Origin: Takakia lepidozioides
Taxonomy: Eukaryota; Plantae; Bryophyta
DNA: 64,000 nucleotides
NCBI GenBank assembly: GCA_030704615.1
Contig: CM060731.1
Span: 23,126,001 to 23,190,000, forward strand
Direction of reading: 5' to 3'
The translations under genes were made by a program, and so were the position numbers. Positions 38,303-50,050 of the stretch are shown piece after piece. The notes below the pieces were generated by a model. That model was given only the letters and a program-made list of their open reading frames with translations, ran no database searches and was not told the origin of the DNA. Each line of letters begins with the position of its first letter. Position 1 is the first letter of the stretch.

Positions 38303-41300
38303 CCCTTAAACGCCCAGTAGCCCGTTTTGGGCCTTTGAAATCAACACGATTTGCAATAACTTCACAGGATCTTAGCCATTTTTTTTGAGTTTTGGATATG
38401 TTATGCCCAGCCACCTGGGCTAATCTGAACCGTTGGGCAATTTTCCCTGATCAAGGTTAGGGTTCCGGAATTGCTGCGAGAGTGGCTGGGGGTCAGCTCC
38501 CGCCATTTTGCTTCTCTCTCCCAAACACTGTGCTCTGGGTCCCGCGCTTTCTGAGTTCCTCGCGCGAGTTGGAGGGTGCTTGCAGGTGGCCGTTTGGATT
38601 CCTTGCAAGTTGCCGTTGCGTTTCCTTGCTCTTGTCTCCTTCTATAACTGAAGCTCCCGCCGTCGCTGCATTAGGAAGCTCTTAGCATTCAAGGCGTTGT
38701 TGGCTCATTGCGGCTGGTATGACACCTCTCTTCTATTGCCTGTCATCAAGCTTTGTTTCTTCATGTATGTTGTAGATGCGAGCTGATTCTTGCATTGAAG
38801 GCTTTGCTTCATTCCTGTAGGCTTGCAGGCAGAGGAACTTAGGGAGACAAGTTGCCAAGATTCCCTGTTGTCATTGAAGGAGAAAAAAGGCCCGTTACTG
38901 GTGACTATATAGGAGAGGAAACATGGGTTCTGCAGACATGCCTCCAGCAGCTTCTGCGCATTTGTTAGAAGAGTCTCTTGTTATTGGCAATTGGGCTCGC
39001 GCTTTGGGCGCCTCTCCAGAGCAAGTCGCCCAATTGATTAGGTGTTTGAATGAGGATTATCTTATGTGCTTGAAGAGGCCAAGCGGGTGAAGTGGCCCGC
39101 ATTTCCAAAACCAGCCAATTTTCGGTACCTATTTCGTTGTCAGGCTGCGGAGATTCTCGGGTGGGTTGATCGTAAAGAGGAAGGTGATCCACATGGCTTT
39201 TCTCCTGAGGTAAATGAGTGTTTGAGGCTATCTGTGTGGCCTGATTTTGATGGATCCTCATCTGCCACCAACGATGAGACTGAAGGCAGTAGCAAGGTCC
39301 AGAGGTAAGAACGATTATGGGCATGTGAGACTTGATGACATTGCGAGTTCAATTTCTGGTTTTGATTTGGGTCTTGCATATCCTCTGCGTAGTTCTCAAG
39401 TTGCTAGAGATGTTGCAAATCATAGCCAATCTTGGGAAGATCTAGGGGTGCTGGGATCCACTGTAAAGGTTGCAATGAACCATTTGTACCTGCCTAACAT
39501 GGCTTCTTCTTCCAACGTCCAAGAATTTGGTTATGGTACTGTCGTGGACAAGTCGTGGGACATTGTGAGTGCGTCTGATACATATGTTGTCTCCTTCTTT
39601 GCTGGGCTTGGGGTGCATACCGTGCCCTCTCATGTTTGCCTTCCTGTGGACCTTGACGAGCCTATGCCAGTTACAATAAGTGCCACGCTTGGTTTGGATG
39701 ATGTTGTTGAGAACACGGTAGGGTCTGAATCTGAGACAGAATGTGACTCGGACTCTGACTATGATCCGGTAGAGGAAGAGAGAGGTAATCCAGATGCTGG
39801 TAAGGATCCAGACTTGTGGGGTTACTGTGTGGACACTGGAAATGCGGCCCATGAGCTCGGGCTTTATGATTTGGCTGAATCTTGGCGTGAATGGCCACCG
39901 AAAGATAAATTCGCAGATGACATGTGGAATTCACAGTGCACAGAGCTGCCTCAGGTAACGTGGAGTGGGGGGGAGACGGTCATAAGGTGCCTTTGGATGA
40001 TAGTGCTCTCCTTGTAGATTTTTTCAATTTGTTCTGGCCAGCACCTGTGATGCGGAAAATCTGCAGAATGACAAACCTGTATGCCCAAACCTTATATAGA
40101 AGGGGGCAAATGAAGGGGGGAGAGTGGTGGTATCCTGTGAGTGTTGTGGAATTGAAGGCGTGGTTGGGAGTTCATATTCTCATGGGAATCAAGAGATTGC
40201 CCAACACAAGATGTTACTGGAAAGATAACAATGAGTTCTTCAAGTGTCCTTCCATTATGCGCATCATGAGTCGCAATAGATGGGAAGCAATTTTGAGGTG
40301 TTTGCACCTAGTGGACAACCGATTAGTGGAGGTGGATAAATCAGCCCCTGCTTATGATAAAATCGCAAAGACCCGTTGGTTGTTAGACCAGCAAAATGAT
40401 TTGTATGCTCGCTACTGGCAACCCGATCAAAACCTGTGTGTGGATGAGATGATGGTGAAGTACAAAGGTAAGTACTCTAACCTGCAGCAGTATATGAGCA
40501 AAAAACCAGTGAAATGGGGTATAAAGTGGTGGTGCTTGGCTGGTGCCAAAAGCCGATATGTTCACAAGATGGAGGTGTACCTTGGCCGTGATGATGCAAT
40601 TGATTTGACACAAGGGCAGGGATATTCTGTTGTAACCAGATTGCTGGCTGGTTTTGAGGGGAAAGGGCACATAGTGACCATGGATAATTTCTTTACTAGT
40701 CCTATTGTTTTCTATGACTTGGCTGTCCAGAATATCTATGCTACTGGTACTGTGAAGACAACTCGGGTGGGATTCCCTTCATGTCTTGATTTTGGAAAGA
40801 GAGGAGAGAGAGGCACTATGCAGTACCGCATGCATAGATCTAACAAATTGGTGGCACTGTCTTGGTTTGACAACAAGCCAGTCACATTGTTGAGCACTGC
40901 TTGCAGCCCTGTGGGGGCAGATTGCTTCATTGAGCGGTGGCACAACGGTGCTCGCCGCATGGTCCCCACTTCCCCCATTGTGAAGCACTATCAAGAACAC
41001 ATGAGGGGGGTTGATGTGCAGGATCAATTGAGGGGCTACTACAGTGTGCAAACGCGTGATCACAAGTGGTGGCACCGCTTGTTCTTTCATAGCATTGACA
41101 CATCGCTGGTGAATTCTTATTTGTTGTATCTGGCTTGGATGAAAGAGAAGGACAGGTAGTCGCGGTCTCATATGCTCTTCAACATTCAAGTGGCCAATGG
41201 GTTGATTGTCGGGTGGGTTGCTCCCATGAGAACTGTCTTGGAAGGGGCTTCTGTTCCAAACCCGGGAGCACTTCACTTCTCTCAAAAAAATGCTAGGAGA

Positions 41301-42123
41301 AGGAAGTGTGTCGAGTGTGGTGCCCGACAAAGGTTTTTTTGTGCCTTGTGTGGAGATGTTAGCATCTGTTTGGGGACCTGCTTTGTGAAACGTCACAGCC
41401 TGGTTTGAGACAATGTCAGTTGGAATTCATGGCTAGAATTCATGGCAATGTGAGTTCATGGCTGCAAAGAGGTGGTAGATTGCTTTAGTGGTTAGTCCCC
41501 TTGCCAAGTGGGGGTGCACACAAGGGGGGGATCCTCCCCCTTGTGTTCATGTGTGAGCTATCAGTTGGGGCAGCTTAGTGGGTTCAAACCCTACTCACAC
41601 ATCATTCCTTGGTGTGAGGAGGGTAGGAGTGGGGTGGTGGGATATCTTGCTTTACAAAGCGCTTGCTGCAGCAAACACTCCAGGGTACAGGTAGCACTGG
41701 CATTTTTCGAAAGAACACTGAATCCTCAATTTTGACCCACTTTGCTTTGAACAAATGTCAGCAGCCCATTTTTTGTCCAAATTGCATTTTGTTTTCTGCA
41801 ATGGATGTGAGATCCCACCAGGATGAATGGGGAGCAGAATCAACTCATTTGGAAATCATCCCGTCACCCATTTCTGCAAATTACTCATTCTAATTTACAA
41901 TTTTGGTATGTGGGTCCCAAGAAAGGCCCAGTCTCAACGGTGGCATTTTCTGGATTTTCATCTGATTTCCCTCAAAATTGGCATGTACCTGCAGCAGGTA
42001 GGTACGCTTCTGGTGTGCGGTCAAAATTTTCAAATTTCAAATTTTTCGAAAATTACACCTGTTTTTAGCACCAGGGGTCAGGTTTTTGGAAAAAGTAAAA
42101 AATAAGTACTAGGCGTTTAAGGG
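38303..42123 (+). mobile_element. Full-length piggyBac DNA transposon (3821 bp)
   Basis: TTAA at 38299-38302 and 42124-42127. The 17-bp TIRs CCCTTAAACGCCCAGTA / TACTAGGCGTTTAAGGG differ by one mismatch. Internal piggyBac transposase. Confidence 0.95.
39247..41408 (+). pseudogene. piggyBac transposase (DDE_Tnp_1_7) with one frameshift and one nonsense codon
   Basis: Acidic N-terminus; catalytic motifs CVDEMM, TMDNFFTS and GVDVQDQ; KPVKWGIK; Cys-rich C-terminal domain CVEC..CALC..CLGTCF..H. Frameshift near the G-run at ~39966-39972 and an in-frame TAG at 41157-41159. True start uncertain. Confidence 0.9.
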
Positions 42124-42334
42124 TTAAACAATGCCTGGTGGTTAATTGTTGTATTTTTATCATGTGATGTTATCGCTCGTCCAGTCCCTAATATGCGAAA
42201 GTTCACTTCATTTTGTTTCACCCACGAAATTGTTGGAAAATAACCTACCACGACATTCGCGTAATATTTTGTTAACGAAATAAATCGACCTAACATCAAG
42301 TCCTCATCATCGAGGATGTCAGCTGGGTTCTTTT

Positions 42335-44789
42335 TTGCAAAAAGGGCCCGAGGAAGGCCCATATATTAAAAGAGGAAAAAATAACCTCTCATGACATGCC
42401 ATGGAGGCTGAAAAAGGGGACAAACAGCCCCTTGACCAGGAGTAACAGAGGTAGAGCCTATCAGGAAACTACAAAGAGATAAGCAGATAAAAACTAAGCA
42501 GCCAGGAGAGGTAAGCGTTGCTTCTATTGCGACGAGCAGGCTCGAACGAAAGTTGGGCCTTCGATCTTGCTTTACGGACAGGGCGCTTGTGCCTCCAGTT
42601 TGCGTCAGACTCATCACCATCAGTTGGTGAGAAGCGGGTGTTAACGGAGCTGCCAACAATACGGGAGGGCGTCGTTCCATTCAACGGTAGAATCCGACGT
42701 TCTGGTACAGATGATGCCATTCCTCGCCCAGGAGTTGTCAAAATGCGAGAGAAGCTTCTCTCTCCTGTTCTCGGAGCATCTGGGAAGAGCTGCACAGAGA
42801 ACCAACCAAGCTTTCCTTGCTTGAGTCACAAGGTCTGAGTGAACTCTAATCAACACCGCTCTAACACAGCGAGGCTGATTGTCATAGAAAAGCGAACACC
42901 TAGATTTCCAAATGTTCCAGAGAGACAGAGCTCTAAGACCAGACTTGTTGGTCCCGGACGTTAAGCAAAAGCACAGACACAGGCACATTAACACAAGGCC
43001 TCCAGTAAGCATAAAAAAACCGAACCAAAAACCAGACCTGAGCAGACAAATTGCAGTACAGCATGGTGTGCTCAATCGATCCCACAGCATTAACGGAGCA
43101 ACAAGGACAGATGCCAGAATTGAGCGCGGTGTAAGCATTAACAGGGAGAATGCTGTTCGCGAGCTTCCATAGGAAGCCTGATATTTTCGCAGTTCAATCC
43201 TTCCTCCAGATATCCGCCCATATGAGTTTCCATGGAAGAGATGTGCCTGGTGGTAGGCACCACTTAGTGTCCATTTGTTGGCCATCAGAGAGGGGGGATT
43301 AAGCAGATCGTATCCCAATTTAACTGAGTACCCGAAGAATGGAGAGTGCTTACGGTTCATCCAGCACCATTCTGCTGGATCGAACTGTAGCAGTTTGATT
43401 GGCGCTTTCAAGAAAGTTATCAGCATATTGCGACGTCTGCAGTGGTGGTTCTGGGTTAATCACACCCGTAACGGTGTAAAACACCCTGATGGGAAAGAAG
43501 CTATCCTCAGGCAGGGAAGAACGAATAGGTGTCAGAAGAGTCCCATTAGAATCTGCATGAAATTTCTACCCGTCCAGCATGCTGTCAAATCTGTGAATGG
43601 CGAAAAGCAAAAGCATGATGACCGTCTCCTGATCCCAGCCATACTGGGAGCGGTCTTCGATTGGCCGGAAGAGAACAAATTGAAATCCACGAAATTGGAA
43701 TTTCTTGGGTAATGTGCTCAATAGCTATGGCTCTCCTGCTGGAGATTGATCGAGCAGCATCCTCCTTAGAGGTAAATTTCTCCGAGACCCAGATGTGGGT
43801 GAAATGGGAGAAACCCGCCGCCTCCCAGAAGGACCATTTCTTTTTGCGCAAAAGAAGAGAATCCGAATCAACGTTGTTATTTAGAAATAAAGGCTGACGA
43901 AGGACCTCATCTTCCGAACGATGGTTGACTCAAGGCTCTATATCCACCTCTGGATCGCAGGCTTGGAAATCTATATGGCATGGTGTATTCTAAGTCCGTT
44001 CTTGGTCCAGCGTTCTCCCTGCATAGAGGGAGGCCAACATCCAAGCGAAGGGGAGGCTGTCATGACATGATGACGAACCAGAAGGCTCCACGGACTGGAG
44101 ACTCGCAAAAGCATACGGGGAACCCATTTGGCAAGCAAGGAGACAATTTGTTTAAAAAGGGTCAATGATTCCAAGACCCCCAAATTTCTTCTTTTGGGTG
44201 ATATGGGCCCAACTTACCAACGCCCTGCGGTTAGGAGTCGAAGGAGTGGCACACCACAAGAAGTTTCTCACCATAGCCTTCATTCTCTTGATGAGGACCG
44301 TGCCAGGAGACCACACAGCCGCAGTGAACCAAGTAGATGCAAGTTGGACCTGATTGCTAGCAAGCGCGCGCCCTATGATGGAGAGGTGCAGAGAACACCA
44401 GTAGGCAAGACTTTTTTTAAGCTTTGCCAGGACTGCTTCACAACGTTGAGCGTCCGAAAGACCATGCCCAATTAGATGCCCAAGCAGAGTATGAGATTGA
44501 CCTTCTTGCAGCCATCTCAGCCCAAGTTCATTTCCCCACGGATCAGAATGGGAGTTCCTCGAGGTACTTGAGAGCTTAGATAAAATAGCGACCGATTTAG
44601 GCCAATTCACTTTAAGCCCCGAAGCTTCACAAAAAAGGTTAAGAGCCTCCATAGTTCTATTGACATTTGCATGCGAGCTGTTATCAATAAGAAGCATGGT
44701 GTCATCCGCATACAAGGAGGCTTTAATGGTAAAGGGATCAGGTAGGGATTTTGGAATCTTGAGACCTTTGATGGAGTGATCGGAGCCAA
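42335..44789 (-). mobile_element. 5'-truncated, disrupted L1-clade LINE (ORF2 from RT to 3' end)
   Basis: YADDTML, LFCEASGLKVNWPKS, GGLGIID, zinc knuckle CPCC...IEHTMLYC and LWNIWKSRC. Several frameshifts. A-rich 3' end near 42331-42345. Confidence 0.88.
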
Positions 44790-45599
44790 GAACCCTATTT
44801 TAACTAATTCTGGACTTTTGGCTTAAATCCGGACCAAACTTAATATATATTTTAATTCAAATTAATTCAAATGTTAATAATATCTTGGATCATAATGTGT
44901 GATTGAACTTTGTGAAATTACAAGTGATGTCATACTTGCTTCAAAATGTAACATATAAGATGTCCATTTGACATTGAAGTGCTTGTGAAATTGCAATGTA
45001 ACTAAACAATTCATTGAACGTCCACTGGGAAGTCGAATGATGTAATATTACATTATGTAATCACGATAAACAAATGTGTCGAATCGAACATGGGATAGAC
45101 TCATAGTACTCTACCAAGCCTCCCTGCACCCAGACCAATCCGAAACCTCCTGACCACTCTGACCACAGAAGCAAATAAACAAGCGGCAGCCTCCATGAGC
45201 CATACCAAAGTACACATCCAAAAATGGACTCAATTCAATGTAGTGCACCATAAACTCTCCAATCATTTCTGGCTAACCAAAGCCACCACCGACGCATAAA
45301 TCCGACAAACACTCAAATTCCGATATGCTCAATACATCACCAGCGCAAACACATCTTCTGGCCACATCTGTTCCCATCCTAATACTGCCCGTTATGTGCA
45401 ACCACCCACCAAGCTCGTGACACTTGGTCACATCTCCTCAGCCAATGTACACACCCAGTTATACATCACGCGTCATAACCAAGCAGTCTGGCACCTCCAC
45501 AAGCTCTTTGTAAAACATGCTGAAACCCGTTGGTTCTCGCTCATGAGTGCATTCAATCAAAATTACTATCAACTTATATCAAGTATTGAAACATTAGGA

Positions 45600-46585
45600 A
45601 GATGACCTACTAGGGTAGTAAAATAAGGTTTGGGGTGTAACTAGATATATTAAGTGCAATAAGGTCCAAGTTTGTGGTGACTCGGAGAAGGGTTTAGGGT
45701 TTTAAAGGGTTTAGGATAGAAAAAGAAAAAGAAATATGGACGACTCTGAACCTCTGTAGAATGTAAAAATGTAAGGGGAATTTGATATCCATGTAATCAT
45801 TCTATTATACGTTATCCAACAAAATTAAAGAAAACATTAAGAGAATGATACAAATTTTACAAGAGATAACATGGTAGTACAATAAGGTTTGGAATTTATT
45901 ATAAGTATGATACTACACTAAGGTTTTTGGTATATGGTAAAAGTAATGGTTTAGGGTGCTAAGGGTCACGCTTAAGCTTGGGGTAAGGATTATTAAGGGA
46001 ATGGTAAAGGGAAGGGTAAGGGTTTAGGGTAGAAAGGGACAAACAAATATGGAAGACTCACACATGGTAGTACAATAACTTGGTTTGGAGTGTAAGTAGG
46101 GTAGTACACTAACCTGGTTTTTGGTATATGGTAAGAGTACTAATGGTTTAGGGTCGTAAGTGTCAGGCTTAAGCTTAGGATAAGGATTAAGGCCAGGGTA
46201 AAGGAATGGGTAAGGATTTAGGGTAGTTCAAAAGGACAAACAAATATAGAAGACTCACATATGGTAGTACAATAACTTGGTTTGGAGTGTAAGTAGGGTC
46301 TAAGTACACTAACCTGGTTTTTGGTATATGGTAAGAGTAATGGTTTAAGGTAGTAAGTGTCAGGCTTAAGCTTAGGGTAAGGATTAAGGCCAGGGTAAGG
46401 GTTTAGGGTTTGGATTTATGGGAGTATACAAAGGTTTTTGGTGTATGGTAAGCGTAATGGTTTAGGGTACTAAGTGTCCGGCTTAAGTCTATGGAAGGAT
46501 TAAGGGAAGGGTAAAACGAAGGGTAAGGATTTAGAGGTGATGGTAAAGGTATAAATTGACAAACAAATATGGAAGACTCGTACTC
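45600..46585. repeat. Degenerate ~195-bp tandem array rich in telomere-like GGTTTAGGG motifs
   Basis: The unit GACAAACAAATATGGAAGACTC...CATGGTAGTACAATAA...GCTTAAGCTT...GGATTAAGG recurs near 46037, 46233 and 46557, with partial copies. Multiple TTTAGGG motifs. Confidence 0.85.
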
Positions 46586-46949
46586 ACTAGAACGAGACAT
46601 TGCAAAAAAACATTTAGACCGGATTGGAAAAGAAAAAATCCAGGGGTTGTGCCAGCATTTTATTTTATTTTGGGTGCACTGTCTGTTTTGTAAGTCAAAA
46701 TCCCCTATGTCACAAATATATGTAGATGAACAGAATGTACAGCAGTGCAGAGTCCAACACGGCATAAAGAAAATAGATGAACGTCCACTGCCCACTCGAG
46801 GTTCAGTGCGACAGAAAAAGAAGACAGGAATGATCACCCAATGCAAACACGAAGGGAAAAAAACGTATATATATATATATATCTTAAAACGAAAGACTGA
46901 AAATGACCTCAACATTTAGTCCATGGATGGAAAGTGGTTCGCAAGAAGG

Positions 46950-49368
46950 AAACCTTCAGGTATCTGGCTGAAGGTTTTCCATCGTGAATACAACCCTTAA
47001 CAAACTTCTTGAAGTCGGGAACCTCCTGAATGATTTGAGGAATTAATTGCATATCTTAGGATATCATGAATGACCTCATCAAATCCGGAAGAATGTAGGT
47101 ACTGCGTTCCTTTAGCTTCTTCGAGAGATAGCTAAAGAATCCGTCAATATCCTCATGTGTGTGCCCGACCATGAGAAAACCAAGCTGGATCTCTTCAAAG
47201 ACATCTTTGGCAGTGAGAAGGGATAGGAAAGCAAGCATCCATCTGTTTTTATTGTCCTTGGAGGAGTTGTCCATCTGCAAATAAAGTCGTCTAGGAAGTG
47301 GTCGAGCACCACGTTTATCGTGCGGCCTGCAGGGTTTCAGAGCCTCCAAACATCTCGATTTACCTCTCATGAGCGTCTCAAAAATGAGTGTCGAAAATGT
47401 TCCTGGATTCCCGGCATGTGGGCTTTTCCAGTTGACGCAGGCACCGAGCCAGCGACCCAATTGTGAAGTTTGAATTGTCTTTCCAGAACTCAAGGGAAAA
47501 TCGAACGTAAGCTCCATCACCGTGTCCGTGCATAACCATTCTCGTCAATGAGACAGACAACTGACCCAATCCCGAGACCATCTTGTTCATCGTCTGTAGC
47601 CTCGGAATAGCCGTTTTCCTATGATCCATCTTATCGTGAATACTACACAGGAACTTCTCCGGAATCATAACGGACTCATTCCTCCAGATATGGTACAGCC
47701 TTCTGCATGACTCTTGATGCCTCAAGTGCAAATTAAGCGCCCGTTTATGTGCGACATGTTCGGAACTCCTTTTAATTGACTTCTTGATCAAGTCCTTCAA
47801 CATCTCGCATTATGTGCACTTAGCAAAGGTGCTTCCTGTTTTCCGAACCTCCACGTTAGGAAATATTGGATTCCGTATACGGCTTATAGTTGGCTGCGAT
47901 ACTCCTTTCAAACCGAGCAGTCTGTTCGTCTGCACCCCAACTCCCCAATAATGTCAACGTCCACTGGGCAGTGGAGGTTCTACAAAGTGGAAGAACAAGA
48001 AAGCGTGATGGCATCAAAAATAATAAAATCAGCCACAGTATTTTGAAAAAAGAAAAGGGGACAACGAATAAAAGTCACCTCGTTGGACTCCTCTCGAATT
48101 CTCTTCCAGTTCATTTCGGGTGGCAAAATTCTCAAAGTATCCCAACGTCCCTCTCCAATGCAACGTGTTTTGTGAGGCATAAGGTCAATATTGGCATTGA
48201 TAATGGACATGATGTTCCCCTCTGCCTGGAGTGTCCCTGGTCGAGGCCGCTTGACGCCACGATTTCCGTGGAAAGATGACAAACAGCCCTCTTTACTGAG
48301 CTTTTTGTACTCCATGTACGTTGACCTTCCAATTCCGTGTATTATCCACCATGCTTTCTCACAAACATCAACACCTTCTATCGTAACATACGACCTGCGC
48401 GATGACCCATCCATAATGTGAAATCGTTTTGAAACATTCAATCCAAGTTCTCTCCTCTCATCGAATGACGAACCCCAAAATGCAGTACGAATTGCCAAGG
48501 TTTTTCTCCAATCAAAATACTGGCAACACTAAAGCTTGCAGCAAGGTTTGCTGCTCACCGACCTCACTTCATCTAAAGTAAGATTTTTCTTGCACTTTTT
48601 GGAGTCCTCCATATTGGATGGTTTCTTCTTCCTAGTAAAATGCTTGTATGATGTTTTCTTTACGCCTGTACCATGGTCGTCATTCTCCATGTCACTGCAT
48701 GATCGTAGGAAATTTTCGAGATCAACGGAGAGTATCCGGCCATTTTCAAGAAGTCTTGTTTTTGCTAACAGCCATTTCACAATCGACATCAGTGAACCGG
48801 ATTCTCCAGAGATTGTTCTGGTGACCAGAACCCCAGCATCGTCCTCTCTGAGTTTGTCATTCAGAATGATCTCGTTAGGAATGCATGCCTGAATTCGGCC
48901 TTCGAACAGGGCATTTCCGTCCTCCCCAAGAAGAAGACACTGCAAGTTTCTCCAACAATCTCTCCCCAGACCTACAGGCAGATCCCCTTCAGTCTCACCA
49001 TTTGACGGAATTTCATTGCTTTCAATGCTTTGTCCTTCATAATCACTATCTTCTGTGATGGAATGACATCTTGGGTTTCTCTGGGATGCTGAATCCACAG
49101 TTTCATGCGTGCGAACACATGACACATCCCACACAACTGGAGTCCCAATCGCCTCCATCAATGTGTCAGCATCCATGTGCCGATAAGGCAGAGGACAGGA
49201 GCCGAATGCGTCATCACAAAAGATCAGGGTAACTGAAATGGTGGACGAACACAAGTGGTGTCCATGGCAAGTTCCTTCCCCAGAAACATTCAGGCAATCT
49301 CCTGAGGCAACAACTGAAGGAGATCCAGGAAGCGACAAAAACACCCTTTGGCCTACTTGGAACCCCAT
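46950..49368 (-). pseudogene. Sola-like (DUF7869-type) DDD transposase with N-terminal Tnp1/DUF8039-like domain; intron 48078-47930; stops and frameshifts
   Basis: FAKCT*CE, IHDKMD, LYLQMDNSSKDNKN and FLMVGHTHEDIDGFFSYLS. N-terminal VASG...CHGHHL...LPY...TLMEAIGTPVVW. In-frame stops at 48529, ~47811 and 47056. The C-terminus appears truncated. Confidence 0.8.
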
Positions 49369-50040
49369 GAAGTCAGTAACCTCCACTGGGCAGTGGAGGT
49401 TCAGTAAAATCCTATTACAGGACGGAAGATTAACTGAAGGAAAGAACGTCGTGCCACCGAAAGGAGAAACTTTAAGTATAACTTTTTCGACGGTTTTGAA
49501 TGAGAAAAATAATATGGTTTGAGAAAGTAAAGTCAATGTTTGGATGTACACTGGGACTGATGAAAAACAATTGGAATTAGATGAAGCCACAAATGCCAAC
49601 CTCCACTGGACAATGGAGGTTGGATGATATCCGTTGATAAAATCAACCACATGGATGAACAATGGATAATGAAGAAGCCCTCTGTAGATGAAAAATTGAT
49701 TCTATGGATGGATGAATATTAATGTGGCGACTGCCCAGTGGAGGTTTGGAAGTAACTTTAGACAAACAAAAGCAAGTTTAGCTGGTGCACATGGTGAGTA
49801 CACAAAAAAATGAGTATAATACTATCCTACGTGAGAAATGTGCAGTTGACACCTGAGACTAAGGAAGCAGGGAGAGACCCAAAGGCTGCTTCAGAAGTAC
49901 CCTATGGGCAGAGTGGTGCAGGACAGGCAAAGAGGTACACGTTGTCCAGAGAGATGCAAGATGTCCAGAGAGGTGCGTGAAAGAAAAGAAGCAAGTGAGA
50001 GGTTCACAGTGGAAAGTTGGTGTTGTGTGGAGTCGGACGT

Positions 50041-50050
50041 TATATAGAGG
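50041..50050 (-). promoter_or_regulatory. Candidate TATA box for the transposase transcript
   Basis: CTCTATATAA on the minus strand, followed by a CT-rich leader, ~680 bp upstream of the presumed ATG at 49368. Confidence 0.3.

Noticed and set aside
41157-41171. Intron or programmed read-through in the piggyBac transposase
   Set aside because: The downstream Cys-rich domain is already in the same frame, so a single nonsense substitution is the simpler explanation.
45600-46585. True or interstitial telomere
   Set aside because: The TTTAGGG motifs are isolated within longer units rather than forming a contiguous array.
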